Assembly (NCBI GenBank): GCA_000708835.1
Contig: DF237156.1
Coordinates: forward strand, 42,686 to 106,685
From: Klebsormidium nitens
Taxonomy: Eukaryota; Plantae; Klebsormidiophyceae
Reading direction: 5' to 3'
Length of the DNA stretch: 64,000 nucleotides
The first letter of the stretch is position 1. Each line of letters begins with the position of its first letter. Positions 13,116 through 27,600 of this stretch are shown piece by piece. The notes under the pieces are model-generated. The model had not been told where the DNA came from, searched no databases, and saw nothing but the letters and a program-made list of their open reading frames with translations. Made by a program: the position numbers and the translations under genes.

Positions 13116-15489
13116 GTCCAAGCGCAAACATAACAAGAACGATCTCGGTCAAGCTCACTGGAAATTGGGCACCCGTGGGAGGGGCAACCTGGTTGCGACC
13201 CAGATAATATACGGCCACCGGCTGCTCCCATGAAACACTGCGCAAGTGAACGTGACGGCAGCAAGCGCGGATATGCCACCAAAAATGTCAGTCGAAACTC
13301 CGGCAGACAGAACCCTGCTCAATACCTCGGTCGGCTGCCACCTTCCCTTAGCTGGGTGCCACGAAACGTGGCGACTGTTGAGTAAAGAAACTGAATTTGG
13401 GCAGAGATGGTCGTAGGCTGGTAGCCGCAAAATGGTAGAGAAATTCCACCTAAGTTCCTCAGGTACCGGCAAAAAGAAAGCATTATAAATGTCAAATGAG
13501 CAAGCAGATGGTGCTCCGGTGCTGCATTGGCTGCGGAGGCCAAGGTTTCGAAGAACGCGCTTGAAGCTACTTTGAACTGGTTCACAGAAACGGACTCGCG
13601 GGGGAGAAGAACCTTTCGATTTACACGCAACCTCACCTGTCGCCTTTCCCAGGCTTCCCTCGACCCGGCCCCTGGGCCAGTTGATGACGTCAGTCTTGAC
13701 CGGCAGGTCTCTTACCGTGAGCGTGGATTTGCGAGTAGTCGGTGTAGCCCTTGGACACCTTCCGCCAGGCTGGCGACGTGTCAGTCGAATTGACGATTAC
13801 CCGGTTGTGCTCGTCTCCCAGGGGACCACATCGGTCGGTTTCGTGTAGATGACTCGAGCCACGCCGACAGGCTGAATGAATTAGGGAGACTATTGTTGGA
13901 GACAGATTCTCTATTACTTATACCAAGATCGTTTAATGCTTCCAGAATCGAAGTTACTTGCGACAGAGGCTCTGTTGTGGAATCTGCTTTTCGTCACTCT
14001 TCGATGATAGCAGTGGTAAGAACTTTCAGAAAGAAGACTTTACCTGTTGTCAAGTTACTGAATTCCAAACGTGTCAACACATTCTTGTGGCTGAGAATGG
14101 CACGTCGAAAGAGGGTCCCAGATCTAAACAACCAGGAGGAGTAAGTGCCTAAGCGGCTAAGGGCGCAAGGGACAAACCCGACTCGGAATGTCTCCATGCA
14201 TAGTGTCCAAAGTATGAAAAGAACCTTCAATCGAGGACAGTTCCAGAGAGGCGCGTTCAACGGGTATGTAAGGCTTTGGGAAGAAAGGGTCCGAGCACCA
14301 GGAGCAAGACATTTGGGTGGACAGAGGATCTGGAGAACGAGCACCGGCCAAGCAAGTGAAGACGCTCAAGCCAACAGACCTCTATCAGTGGCAGATGAAG
14401 GTTCCGTTTAGCCGGAACCCTTCAGGCAGATCATTCCGGTCAAATCGTTCCGGATCCACCTTGTGCTGCTAATGGTGAGCTTGTCAGTGCGTTACGGCAC
14501 ACGCCCATGGCTGCATCTGCTGGCGCGACAGGCTCTTGCTGGTGTTCACAACCTCGAGCGCGGGCTTGACTCCTGCCAGATTGATTAGCAACAGCTTGCC
14601 GCAGTGCTGCGCGCGGCCGCCAATTTGCTGGATTGCGCGATGTGTTTTCGATGGAGACCTAGAGAAGGGACACGTGTCAGAATCCTATTGGGAGGAAGAA
14701 ATAGCTGGTGCAGCAAGCACGCAGCCTCCGCTTGCGCCGTCCTGCGCGGTGCATTCCACAATAACCTGCGAGGGGACGGGTTCGGAGGTGAGGGAATGAG
14801 TTGCTGGGGGCGGCAGGCAGGTAGTAAGCCTTTCCAATAGGTGCTGCCAAGCACGTAATTAAAGTTGCACATTTGAACACGTGGCAGGAACTACGCGTCA
14901 GCCTCCAATGGGGGGAGCAGATACTGGCGCTATGAGCAAAGAAGTGCTGCAAAGAAGTGCTGCAAAGCACGTAATTATGGAATGGGTTTGAGAGGGCTAC
15001 TTCCACAAGCTTACTGTGGACTGTTACTGCGGACGGTTTGTTTGAGCAGACGTCGCGTTTCCCGCAACCCTTAAACCAGCATACAGGCACTGCGGATAAC
15101 GGCTGCAACCATGTGACCAACATATGCGAAACGCGGATAACTGCTTGTCCTGATTGCTTCATGAAGGACCCAGCAAAGCCCAAAGGTCACAGAGCTTATT
15201 CTGCAAGAAGTCGAGGAGATCTGCATTGATAAAATAGTCAGGGGCAGTTTGCTGGACAGTGAAATTGCATGGCCTGGTTACAAAGAATGCGAGAATACTG
15301 CGGACAAATCAGAATACTGACCAGTTTCGAAAAGGGGGTCCCCATACTGCGAGAAAAATGGACTTCTAGCAAACCTTTGTGAGCCCAGTTGCCTGTAAAC
15401 GCAGGAGATCAGCTGTTGACGCCAATTAGACGACCTTTTCTACGATCACCAATCTGGATCCCAGCCAAGGTGGGTCCACGAAAGCTTAC

Positions 15490-16327
15490 CAGGAGATTGC
15501 ATTTCCTTCCATACATCAACTGCAGCAACTCAACGCCAATCCATGCAAGGGCTTCCACATGGATAATTCAAGGTCGACAAGGGCACAGTAATGTTGGCAG
15601 CTTACCTGGAGGGCCACGATCACGAAGCCTAGATCCCGCATGCTCCCCACCTCCATGTGCGTCTCTCTCGCTCCTGTGACGCCAGAATTACTGACAGAGG
15701 CGTTGCGGGCCTCCAAGTCCACCACCACCAGGGGAACCACGCTGTGGCAGAGGAACGAGAACCAGTCAAAGTCCGGTTTAAGGGCCTGACTTCAGCAGCT
15801 CATGTCATTGCAATAACACATCTCGGAAGCACCCTTCTTTCTCACTTGTGACTTCTGGCTTGTCCGGCGATCTGATGCCGTAACCTGCTTCTCTTGGCAA
15901 AGCCCTCGTTTTTCCAAACTGAAGCTTTGCTGGCAGATTGCTCCCAAAAAAACCCCGGCGAGAATACCTCATATCTGGTCAAAAGAAAAGCCTGCATTCC
16001 TAACAAGAGTGCTAAAAGAAGCTTCCAATACTATTAAAGAGATGCAACAATGTAAACCATGCAGCATTGTACATGACAGGATGCAAGTTTCAGGGATAAG
16101 ATATATGCTGGTGACGGTATAACTGGGAATCATGTATGATTCAAGTCCTGATGCATCAACAGTTTGACTAATCACTTGCATTTGCTTGAGAGTGACGAGC
16201 TGGTTACTGGCAGAGGTAAGAGAAACACATTTCAACTTGTGTGTACGAGTTTTCAAGTGGTCACACAGATTCAAAACTGTGGTGCGCTCACCTGCACCCT
16301 GCGCTCTGCATCCCCTTGTCCTTGTAC
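15490..16327 (-). CDS. Putative multi-exon gene of unknown function (partial model)
   Basis: Four consecutive phase-0 exons with AG/GT borders: 16292-16327 (VQGQGDAERRVQ), 15968-15991 (AFLLTRYE), 15606-15785 (ALKPDFDWFSFLCHSVVPLVVVDL...RDLGFVIVALQ) and 15490-15519 (LMYGRKCNLL). No family recognised; the gene may extend towards 9800 and 17200. Confidence 0.4.
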
Positions 16328-18640
16328 CTTGCATTTCAGATAATCCATTTTTGTTTAGGAATCTGCATGCCACTAAAGCCCTTGTCCGCAACTGGCACTC
16401 CGGCCTGGGCCTACTTTTGGCATCTGCTGCTGCCACCATTGACACTCTCCAAAGGAGCAGAAAATGCAACCGTGCTGCCTGGTGCCGCCGCTGCAGCACA
16501 AATTGAACATAGAAAAATGGATGTTACTTCTGAGAAGACAAAGCGTTGCGCACGACACGCAGTGTGGCCCACTTTGCAACAAACTTTTTGTGTGAGCTGA
16601 TTATTGAGCTGGGAACTTTGGCAAACTTTTCTTGCTTCAGCCTGAGGCTGCAGTGCTCATGCAGCACTAGGTCCGTACGTAGTGTGCGAGGCCGCAAGTT
16701 TCTGGCAAAGTGTGGCGCACCAACCAAACCCTAGCTCCGTTTGGCAGCCGCGATTAGCATGAGCGTTTCATGCTGCGGCGAGAATTTACAATTTTGACGC
16801 TCCCTCGGAGTTCTCAAAATTGGTTGTAACGTCTATCCCTGCTATGATTTACCATTCATGATTCATCAATTGACATTTCAAATTTTAGACCAAACCTGCA
16901 GTGATACATGCGCAAAACCCTCGCGGGCGCGGTCCAGCCGCCGCACGAACGGCGCGGGGCTGCCTCATCGACGTATAGCGGCCTGCCGCAGCCTGGATTC
17001 AATCATAGAATGCTTTTCTGCTTCGATCAGAAATATCGTCCCAGGCCGGGCCGGCCGGCTGCATTCCTGCAGGCTACCCGCCGCATGGGCCGGTGAGTTG
17101 TATTGCAAGCCAATGCTTGGCGCAGGCTGGGCCAAGCCGAAAACGATACCGATGCGGCACCTAGCTGCCCAGTACTTTCGGGGAGCACAACGCCTCAGCT
17201 GGTCCACGGCGCCCGGGGTGAGAACAACCAATTCTAGTCATTCTAGCACACCGAAGCTTCCATACTGATGTCAGTCTTGTTTGAAGGAGTTGAAAAGCCG
17301 CACTTTACTAAGAGCGGGACCGATCTGAATTTCGTGGTACGTTGTAGGATCGCTTGCGCTCTTAATAAAGAGCTTCACCCGTTTTATAATGAAGAGCGGG
17401 GGCAGCCTGAAAAGGAGACCGCTCGAGGATTCAGTACGTTTCGTACTTGGTTGTCCGGTCTTGACCGCTCTTCAAACGGGTCATGGTTTATAGTATGGAT
17501 CTTTCAAACAAAAGCTTGCGTAGAGACTTCTGAATACTTCAGCCTCCGCTAATGTATCTGCAAAGATCTATCACTTTGCTCCACCCGGCAGGCTCAATGC
17601 GCTAGTGAGTGCCACAAGTCAATGTCTCAGCGGTGGCGTCGGGGGTGTGCTTGTACGTGCTGCGGCACTCATCCGGGTTCATCAGCCCCGCGTGCTCCAC
17701 CGGGTCCCACAGCCGCAGCCGTGACGCTGCAGTACACGAGTAATACACACTGTCAGCCACAACCTGAAGCTGTCAACGCCCGGACCAGTGAGAACAAAGT
17801 TGCTTCAAGGGCTGCTTCTCAAATTGAAACTCCAATGCTTCGCAAAGCCGAGAAGGCCTACGACTGGCCACGACGACCAGGCTCATTTCACAACCGCCGC
17901 CACAATACGGAAAGGAAAGGCTTAAGGCGGCTATATCGAAGGACTCAGCTCTTTGTCGCCGCTCTGAAAAGAAAGGGCTATGCCCAGAATTCGAATCTCT
18001 GAAAGCGGAACCGGAAATGCTGGATACGCAATGCTGGCAGCAATAAATATGCCGGGTGCCTCAAAGCGTGCCGGTCCTGCATCAATGATAGTTTGCGCGT
18101 GCATGGCTTCTGCATATGACGGCGGAAGCATGCATGGGGACTAGTACGATTTTCGACTGACGTTTTACAGAAAATGCATCGTGGCAAAAAGTATGTAGCC
18201 ACGAGTACAATTCCTCATAATCTTTCCCATGCAAACTCTGAAAGCAGTCGATAAAGCAATGTTGAATAAGCTCTGGCCTGAAAAAGCATAGATAACAGCG
18301 CCCCCCGTTTCCCAGGGAGCTGTTCCACTGTTTGCCGAATTGGCAGGGCTTGGCGTGAACATTGTTGCACGGGGCGCCTATGAAGTCAGCACGATTTCGC
18401 TTCCGCCAGCCCTGCTCTAGTTGCTGACTTCAGCCGCGCTCGTCTGTTTCGCCCTGGTTGCTTACGTCTTTGTCGCTCCTTGCCTCTGCTTATGCTGACG
18501 TCAGCGCCGCTCGTCGGCTCATTCGGCTGAGCACGACTGACCCCCCCGGTCCGCTCACGTCAGCCGCGCTTGTCTCCCCCGCTCTTACGACTGACGTCAC
18601 TGAAGCTCCTTTACGCTCCGCTGCTGACGTCAGCGCCGCT

Positions 18641-21600
18641 CTATGGTGTAACCGGCTGAGCCGGAGTCAGCACGGCTGACCCCCCCGGCCCGCGCTTGCT
18701 CTTTTTGCTGGAGCGCTTCGACGACGATTTTGAGATGCGGGCCCATCGTCTGCGGACCATCCTTTTGGCCATTGGCCAGCCCTCCACTTTCAGGAATACG
18801 AAAACGTCGACAGACCTGCGTGGGACAGAATAGTATACTGTCAAGGCGCTACGAAATATGGGTCGCTCTTATCATGATCCTTCCCAGCAACCAATCCAAG
18901 TTGCGCACCGTCAGCGGGACGGCTTAGACTTCAAAACGCAGCAGGAAGGTTCACGGAAAGCGTGTATTCGGGCGGATAAAACATGAAGGAATGGCTCACG
19001 AGAGGAAGACGTACTTCGGCAAATTTGGGGGCGCCCGCAGCGCGATCGTGACTATTCCCACCACTCGATTTACGTAGCACACGTTTGGACGTTCAAGACA
19101 TCAAATCAAGAATGAGGTTTGATAAATGACCAGAAGTACAAGCGAGTGAAACAGGGGGGACTGGCTTACAAGAGGAGTGTGAAGGCAAAAATGGGCAGCG
19201 CCTACAGTGCGATCATGAGGTGTCCAAGCGCGCGATTCAGACCGACGAATCTGGGGCGGCGATGATTCTTAATCCAATTGAATTTTTACTTGTCACTTGT
19301 AATAAGATTGTCATGCATATTAACCAGGGAAAGGCAACTCACGAGAGGAAGTTGATGGCGAAAATTGGCAGCGCCTGCAGCACAATCATGAGCGATCCCA
19401 AGAACGCGGTTGGGGCCGCGGACCATATTTTTTGGACAATACAGACTTGAAGAAATACATGAAACATCCGAGAAGAAGTATTCGACCGGCCAAATAAAAC
19501 ATGGAGAAATTACTCACGACAGGAAGATGATGGCGAAGACGGGCAGCGCCTGGAGCGCGATCATGACGATCCCGAGCGCGCGTTATCCCAGCGCGCAAAA
19601 TCTGGGACAAATATAAAAACAAAAAAAGATAAAAGTTTTTCGGCCGATTGAAACATAGAATCACTCACGATAGGAAGATGATGGCGAAAATGGGCAGCGC
19701 CTGCAGCGCGATCATTACGATCCCGAGCGCGCGGTTGGGGCCGCGGACGCCCGAAGCCGCCATCGCGAGGAGCGCGATCGCGATGGACGCGGACGCGACG
19801 TCGGACACCGCGTTGATCAGCTCGCACAGCTGGGGGCCCGCCTCCTGGAACGGCTGCGCGCAGTTGAAAAGTGACGTCAGCAAGACTTCAGCAGGTTCCG
19901 ATGACAATCAGCAAGGAATTGTGATGTCATTGAGGAGGGCGTAAAAGAAGCGACCTTCGCACGCCCTGTTGATCAGCTCGCACAGCTGGGGGCCCGCCTC
20001 CTGGAACGGCTGCGCGGACAAAACAGAAAGCTGTGACGTCAGCATGACGTCAAAGAGTCGCTTGAAGAGCAAGTTCTGTGTGGGTTTGATCCCAGCCAGA
20101 AGCGTGTGAAGGAAGGACGTTGCAGAACGTATTGATCAGCTCGCACAGCTGAAGGCCGGCCTCTTGGAACGGCTGCGCGGGTGATCTACAATCTTTGCCA
20201 GCATGGCGATGTCAGCAGTAGCGATGTCAGCAGTGACGATGGAAAATGTGGGAAAGACTATTGGGCACCACCACCAACGGTGGCATCAGCATCTCCGGCG
20301 CGAGTGGATGATTCAGTAAATGATGCGGACGCGAGGTCGCGAACTGCGCGGCTCACCATGAAGAAGAGGATGAAGACTGCGAGCAGCGCCTTGAGGATGA
20401 AGATGATCGACAGTTGCGTCCAACTGCCCTCGTCGTTGGGGAAAGACGCCAGCACCACGCCCTCGACGCCCTGAAAGAACAACAATGCCTCTTCTAAGTA
20501 GACTTTGGTCAGATAAAAAAGAAGCTGGGCCACTTTGCATTTTATTTGGTTAGCACCGCAGCCAAACCAGAAGCAGTCCTTTGCAGGTGGCGATTGGGTT
20601 GAGATCAAGAACGAAAGCTGCAACTTCACTAAATCTTTGGATTGGAAGCGGAGGCAACCCATCAAGGCCTCCGTCGTGGCGGGCTTTGATTGTGAACGTA
20701 TACTCACGTTGCAGATTTATAATATTCAGAACAGAGTCCTATCCAAACGGGCATGATTGGTTGGTGACGGACTTGAAAGCTGGCTATCGTTCACAAAATG
20801 CAGCTAAGGCACTCCGCGAGACGGCCCTAAGGAGCCGAAAAAGAAGTACTTACGTAGAAGAAGAGCTGGAGCGTGAAGTAGTACGGCCGCAGGAAGCCCC
20901 CATACTCCTGCTTGAACTCCTGCACTTTGGCGGAGCCCCTGCTCAGGTTACGCGAGACCGCGTGCGCGACGCCGGGCCGTTTCGGGTTAGCGACCAGTCG
21001 CGGGCTCGGGTTTGGGCTGCCCCAAAGGAGGTTTGAAAACGGGTTTGGCTCCGCTGGTGCCGCAGTTTGTACTGCGCCCGGCGCAGGATTCGCTGCCGGG
21101 TTTGATCTCGGGTTTGCTGTGGAGTGTGCAACCGGTTCCGTTTCTGGGTTTGTCAAACCTTGTGCGGGCGTATCTGCGGGTTCGATCTCGTGGATTGGGC
21201 TCGTCCCTTCGTAACGCCGGCCTGGCGAGGCAGACCCAGGGTGACGCTTTTCCGACGGCATCGAAGTCGCTCTTTTCAGGGCGGAATGAATCGGTGGCCG
21301 CAAGGGGGATCCCCTTCCTGGGCTGTACCTATCACCGGTCAAAAAGTCCACCGGGCGCTCCAACCGGGGCCTTTCCAGCGCCGCTGAGGAGTCGGGGGAA
21401 ATCGACACGCTCCTTGCGAGTGGGGGCTTCGACGGGCCCGGCAGAGCCCGGGGGGATCCCCCTGGGGAGTTGAGGGCCTCCCACGTGGGCGCCACGTGTG
21501 ACGGGAGCTGCGTTTGTGCCGCAAGCGACGCTTGCTGTTTTCGGTACACGCTACTTCGTCGCCGGCTCCGACTTTTCGTCAGCACCGGTCCCCCCCCTCC

Positions 21601-24600
21601 TCCGCCCTGCTCATCGGCCCCCCCGGCCGCAACATGCGGGCTGACGTCACCATCCGACCCCACGTCGACGTCAGCGGGCGGCGCGGCCGCTGCCGCAGCG
21701 CGCGCAAGCTCGCCCGCGTCGACAGACGCCCTCCGGCCCGCGCCGCTGACGTCACCCGCCCCGGCGCTGACGTCACCCGGACCAGCTGCGGTCAACAGTG
21801 CGCCTCCATCGGACGCGCGCCGAGAGAGCGTACTGCGCGCGCCACCGACGTCAGCGGTCACGCTCCGGCGCATGGACGGCACGTAACTAGGGTGGCGGCT
21901 GAGTGTGGCGTCGCCGATCCGCTCCATTGGCGTTCCAATGAGGTCGTCGAAGAAAACGCCGTAGCGGGCTGTGAAAGGGGTACTAAGATTGTTTATAGGC
22001 AAAGGTGTCCTTCGGGGCCTAGATCATTTAAAAGGCGAATAGTAAGACCCGCTGAGCAGGTTGCGCGGTCGTTTGTCCAGATCATTGGAACTACCGTAGG
22101 ACTCTTTGAACCGCACATACTGATCCATTGAAGCGCAGGAATCCTCAAGCTCAATGATAACCTTCTGAAAGCGACGAGAGTGTGTGCGAGAAGCGTGGTA
22201 ACTTTCTCCTCAAAGTCTAAGGTCCTGAAAGCTTAAAAAGGTTGAAATTTTTACAAACGTACCTGTAAAGAAGCGGTGGCGCTGGGTATGAACAGGCTCC
22301 CACTCGCCCTGCGCGTGCCCGGAGAGTGCGCGGTCACACCACTTGGCGACCGCGCGCAGGCCGCGCGTGGACGTGTTCTGCGCGCGCACCTGGCCGCCCA
22401 TGCCATCGTCCATCTCCTTCACCACGAAGGCGACCGTCTTGTTCTGCACAACAGCCAGATGGTCGCCGTAAGCGGCTGTTCAAGGAAGCAACCGTTCGAG
22501 AATCTGCCCGATATGAAATGCGAGAGACCACTAGAAGGTCACGCGTCGTTTATTTTGGGTCCCGAAGGGCTTGCAACGAGAGAGACACTCACATTTGCGA
22601 TTGAAAATAATGCGGAGTTGCAAAGTGACGCAGGACTGAGATCGAAGAGTAGCACCGACCAAATTGCACAGCCTTGAATGATGGACGGACTCAGTTGATC
22701 AAAGCAAGCGTTCGAATTCGAAGCAGAGTCCGATACCTTTGCGTGCAAGCCCCACTGTTCTTTGTTCCGAATCAGCGACAGAAATCTACAGAACAAGAAG
22801 CGAGGACTTTCAACAAAGATTGAGTAGATTTGTAAGAATGCCTTACCGACACAACGTGATAGTAGACGTAAAGGATTGCCCAGATGATGTAGAAAACCAC
22901 AAGCGCCAAAACGACGCCTCCGAGGACTTTACCGAGACGGGTGCCTCCTGCAAGGCGGAGGGATTGGGATTGATTGGTACTTTCTCCTTCGTTTATATTG
23001 CTACTGTGGATCGTGAAAGTCTCAGCATGCCACACAGTGAGGCAAGACAGCATGAATGAGACTGATCCGTGTCAATGACAGCAAATCCAGAACCTTCTGG
23101 CTTCTGAAATAGCTCGAAAAGGGAGACTAATCAGAGCCTGGCAAAAAGCACATGCGCCTTGGGCCAGAAGTCGATCGTAGTGGCCGCTTTTGCGTAAGAA
23201 AGATGACCAAGAGAGAAAGCTCCTCAGAAAGGGGAGACTGTAGGGCAAAATAAGAAACTTTGGGGAATATGTACGTAAAAGAACGCGCAGAGATCAGGCA
23301 GAGACCTTTTCCAAAGCGCAAACCTCCTTCTTCAAAAACGAAAGCCATTCCGATTTCCGTGTCTACTTCGAAGCAAACTCACGAGACCATCTCGGTCGGC
23401 CGAGAAAACTGAAAGAACTAGAGGCGCGGCACTCACCCATGATAACGCCGATGCTGGCGGTAACGAGCCCGATCACTGCCGCGTTGACAAGGATGAACTC
23501 GAGCGCCGGGAAAACTAGGATGTCGGGAACGTTCTTGAACTTTCGCATCAGGGGACCGGTGAGGACCCGGATAAAGAGCATCACCAGGAGGAGAGCGGCT
23601 ATCCAGAACAGGGCGCAGAGGAACGTTTGGAGCCTGCAGGCAAGTGTCGGAAGATTGGTAAGTGGGCTGGAAAGCGCGTTTGAGTCGCGCGGTTTCGGTT
23701 AAAGTGTTGAGTTTGCAGAGTGGACACTTTATGAATGTGTATTGGGACGCCATTTAACATGTTTTGGGGTCAGAAATTTGTCGGGACCCTTTCTCGAAAA
23801 GGATAATTGTTTTCGAGCAAAGCGGTTTGCTGAATGAGGAACATTTCTAAGATCGACTGACGGTAACGCGAATCTAGCGAACCGGAGAAGATTGGCCCCC
23901 CGTCTGGGGCTTAAATCCAGTTGATTCAGTGCGCGACCACTAATTTTTTGAGTGCTTTCAAGAGCCGAAAAGTGTTCGAACAAAAGCGCGCGCTTATTGT
24001 ATTGCACAAGCTAGAAGACACGCGCGGTCAAATAAGGAGCGCCGGACTTCGGAGAGTACATACCCTTCATTTGCGGTATCCGGCAGATTCCCCTGTAAGA
24101 AATTGGAGACCGCTTTCCCGTCCGTCAGCAGCGTCTGGTACAGACTCTCCATCAGTTCCGTCGACGTGGCGTTTCCCCCAACGTTACTCGCGACGACCGT
24201 AACGCTAGTACTCTCGTTCGTCGGCAGGCGCGCGGGGACAGTCCTCGCCGCGAACTGGGGGGCATCGTCCCCGGCCAAATTCCAACCCCCCTGAAGGAGC
24301 GCCCGCCGGTGGGGGGCGGATTCTCCAGCGGAAAGCTCCCCCCGGGCCTGGTAGCTCCGCACCCGCTCGAGCCTTTTCACACTCTCGCCGAAGCCTTTCC
24401 CGCAGAGCGCGCGCGCGGCTAAAGAATCGGCGCCCATGAGCCGGCGCCCCTTGGTGTTAATACTCCCCTGGAACAGCTCGGCGCTGGTTACACCCCCCGA
24501 CGGCCCGGCCGGCGTTCCGTTGGTCTGGTTCGCCAGAAACGGAGAATCCGGGGTTTCGCCGGAATCGGTGAAGTCAATCGCACTGAAGGGGCAAGTCCAG

Positions 24601-27600
24601 TGGAAAAGCGAAAAGGAGACGGCTTGCGTTGCGTCGACGTAGACCGGGGGAAGGGGCGTCGCGAGGTTCTCGCTGGCGGCCCAGGCGGCCATGTTGGAAA
24701 AGGCGCCCTGCGGAGGGGGGCGGGTTAGTGGTTCGAAAACCTGGGGGCGAGTAGAGACTTGGCAGCCCCAGAAAACGGAAGTAATTGTGAACGGTTGACC
24801 ATCAATCTCTTGCCCTAGTGGGTATTCTAGGCACGTAATCTAGTCAGGCCTATCAAAGATGCAAGAACTGTTTGCCGCGCTGCTCTTAGAGAATACAGGC
24901 CGGCCTTCGACGGCCCTTGTTGACCCGCTGCGTTACCTTAACCCGCGTCGAGCGTCTAGTGAAAAGTCGATTTTGCTCTCCGTCCGGTTCAAAAGCTGGA
25001 ACACACTGACTGTACTTACTCAGTATACTATAAAGCTCAACATGTCGGCACCTTCGACGCAATCCTGTTATTTTCCAAGCTTTCTTTGGCCGACCCAATC
25101 GTTTCCGCTAAAGACGACCGTTATCATTTGGATCAGCCTTTTCTTCAGATTAGCAGGCTTGGTCATAATAAAATTCTGCGGAGACTACAGAGCAGTACGA
25201 TGTTATTGATTACATATGCTTACCCCAAAGGCAAACGGCCCCGCAAACGTGGCTGCGACTCCCGACACCACGAGCGCGGTCGCGGCGGTTACTTGCACCG
25301 TGCGGGTTACCGCGGGGTCGACCTCGTCTGCGCAGCAAACCAAAACCAGGTTTGAGGGCAGTTTAAAAAGAAACCGATCTCAAATCCCAACATCTCGTCA
25401 CGATTTAAATTGTAGCTTTGATCCCAATGGCTTCGAATTCGCCGCATTTGAAACGAGGCGCTTCTGATCTGGCTCTCATTAATAAGATACGGTCTGGCTT
25501 CGTTCTACAGCCTCCGCCGAAATTCCAAAGCAATCGCTGCCGGCTTATATCCTCTTTTGCTGAAACACCGCAGGTCTACTAACGGGTTAGCAAGAACCTA
25601 GAACGTGAGTTCTGACGCCCTCGGCAGAGACAAAACCCATCCAAAAGCTGGAGCACAAAAGTAGCAATCAATGTCCCACAAGATTGCCAACGAGGCAGCA
25701 CGAGAGGGCTACTCACAGTTGAGAACCTGGAACTCGTTGGAGGGCAGGTTTGGGTGTCCCGCGTAATCGGCCGACACGTTCTCGGGGATCTGAACGATGA
25801 GGGTTTGGGAGGGGACGATGGCGCAGTCCAGCAGGTAAAGCTGGCCGTTGGTGTAAGAGTCGTCCTTGGTGAAACTGTGCAAGAGATGGAGAACATGTTT
25901 TGCAAAAGTAATAAGCTTTGTTTAAGTTGAAATACTCACCCTAAGCTGTGAAAAGGTGATTGCAGTGAGCACTGAAGATGCAGTACAAAAGGCAGAACTG
26001 CCTATCGATGTTAGGAATCATTCTGGACGAAGCTGCGTAAAGAGTGGGACAAACTTTCCTTTTCGTGACATGTTTCTCGTGAGATTCATTCCAACGATGG
26101 ATTCGAAACGACCTCAAGAGTCTCATTGTGGAGCACGTCTTTGCCGCGTCCAATCGCCTGAGAACGCCGCTTTCGCACTCCCTTAAATTCGGCCCGTCCG
26201 CTTCATTCCAGAGACAGACGGTTCCAATCTGTTATCTGATTGTCGCCACAAGCTGGCAAGTGCGGCTGACGCCCTCCTTCCGGCGTCCTCTTTGACCTAG
26301 TATACACTTGTCCAGCCAGAACTCACAACATCCACTCTGAGACCATGAAACGTACAAACTTACCCTATGAGCGTGCCGTTTCTGACGTCAGCTCCGGACG
26401 GTCCGAAACCCGTCACGGGCTGTCCGAAGTCCACCAGCAGCGTCACGTTGACGTCAGTGCTGAGACCCGGACGCCCGCTGTCGGCCCTCGTAATCTTTGG
26501 GGTCGGACGTCCGGAATCTGCAAAAGGAAACGGAAGTTGGATGAACCTTCGACGCGAGGCCAAAAGTTGGGGGAAGGCCACTGAGAAGCATAAGAAAGTC
26601 CTCACTACGCAAATAAGTCCTTTTCTCTCTTGTTACGTACGTTTCCCGTACTAGATTACGACCCAGATATATTTTCACGGAACCTACTCCGCGTTGCCAT
26701 GCAAACACTGTCGGGTCTTCGCAAGCGGACGTCGGGGCAGCAAGATTAAACTGAGGATAGGTTTGGAACAGAGCTTTTCGGATTCACGGGCTCCAATGTA
26801 AACCATCAATCTGCAAAGCTCAAAGAAATCTCAGCTAGTGTTCTTTATGAAGAGCGTTTGCGCAGAGTTTCTTTGGGGGTACGCGCTGATCAGTGTAGCA
26901 AAGAGTAGCTCCAAACTTGTCTTTTCCATGCTTATCAAAGTTCACCGTAATATGCTGTGAATGACGAGTCCGCCGTAAGGTTGACTGGGTTGCCCGCCCG
27001 GTCCCTGAAGCCGCCCGGCTTGGCGGCGACCGTCATCAAACTGGGGCCCGTTCCCTCCGGAACGACCTGCGAAATGGCGGAATAGCGGATAAGTCCCTAT
27101 AGCTCTTGTTACTGGGCAAAAGTGTCTGCAATACCAAGAATGAGGTTATCCTACACAAAAAAAAACTGGCGCGCCTCTGGCCTACTGCAACTCGCGATCA
27201 ATATCCACTTGCAGCTTTTGACTTTTAAGATTATGACCACGACGACACTGGGTTGTTGGAAAGCGTCGCTTTAGCTTCAAATACTTTGACGACAAAGTTT
27301 GGTTAGCTATTGTTACCTTCGCTCTCCGGTTCAAAAAATGATTGCAGATAAACGTAGTGGGTCAACTGAGGCAAACGTAGCGGCTAACGTTCCCTCCTTG
27401 AAGACTATTCCAGGCAAAGCAGAAAGTCCCGTGCCCATGCACGGACTCTAACCCACCTGAAAACGATACCCGGTAGGCCCATCCCCGGTTATCGTCCCCC
27501 AGGTTTGCAATAACCGCCTTCGCGCCTGGGTCGTCAACTGCTGGTCAAACCTCAGGTTCTGAAGGGATCCCCCGCTGAGCTGGAACGCGCTGGACTCCAA

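Larger units (their letters stand above)
18641..25327 (-). other. TRP-like (PF06011, fungal FLC/Pkd2-type) multi-pass membrane domain with a large cytoplasmic loop
   Basis: About seven hydrophobic segments plus the motifs LPPVYVD...FHW, VFPALE, RYGVFFDD, YGGFLRPYYF and MPFQE. The PF06011 assignment rests on remembered motif order. Confidence 0.55.

Noticed and set aside
14560-14610. Kinesin-like GKLLLINLAG
   Set aside because: The DLAGSE core is not conserved, no other motor motifs are present, and the segment overlaps a probable branch point and acceptor.
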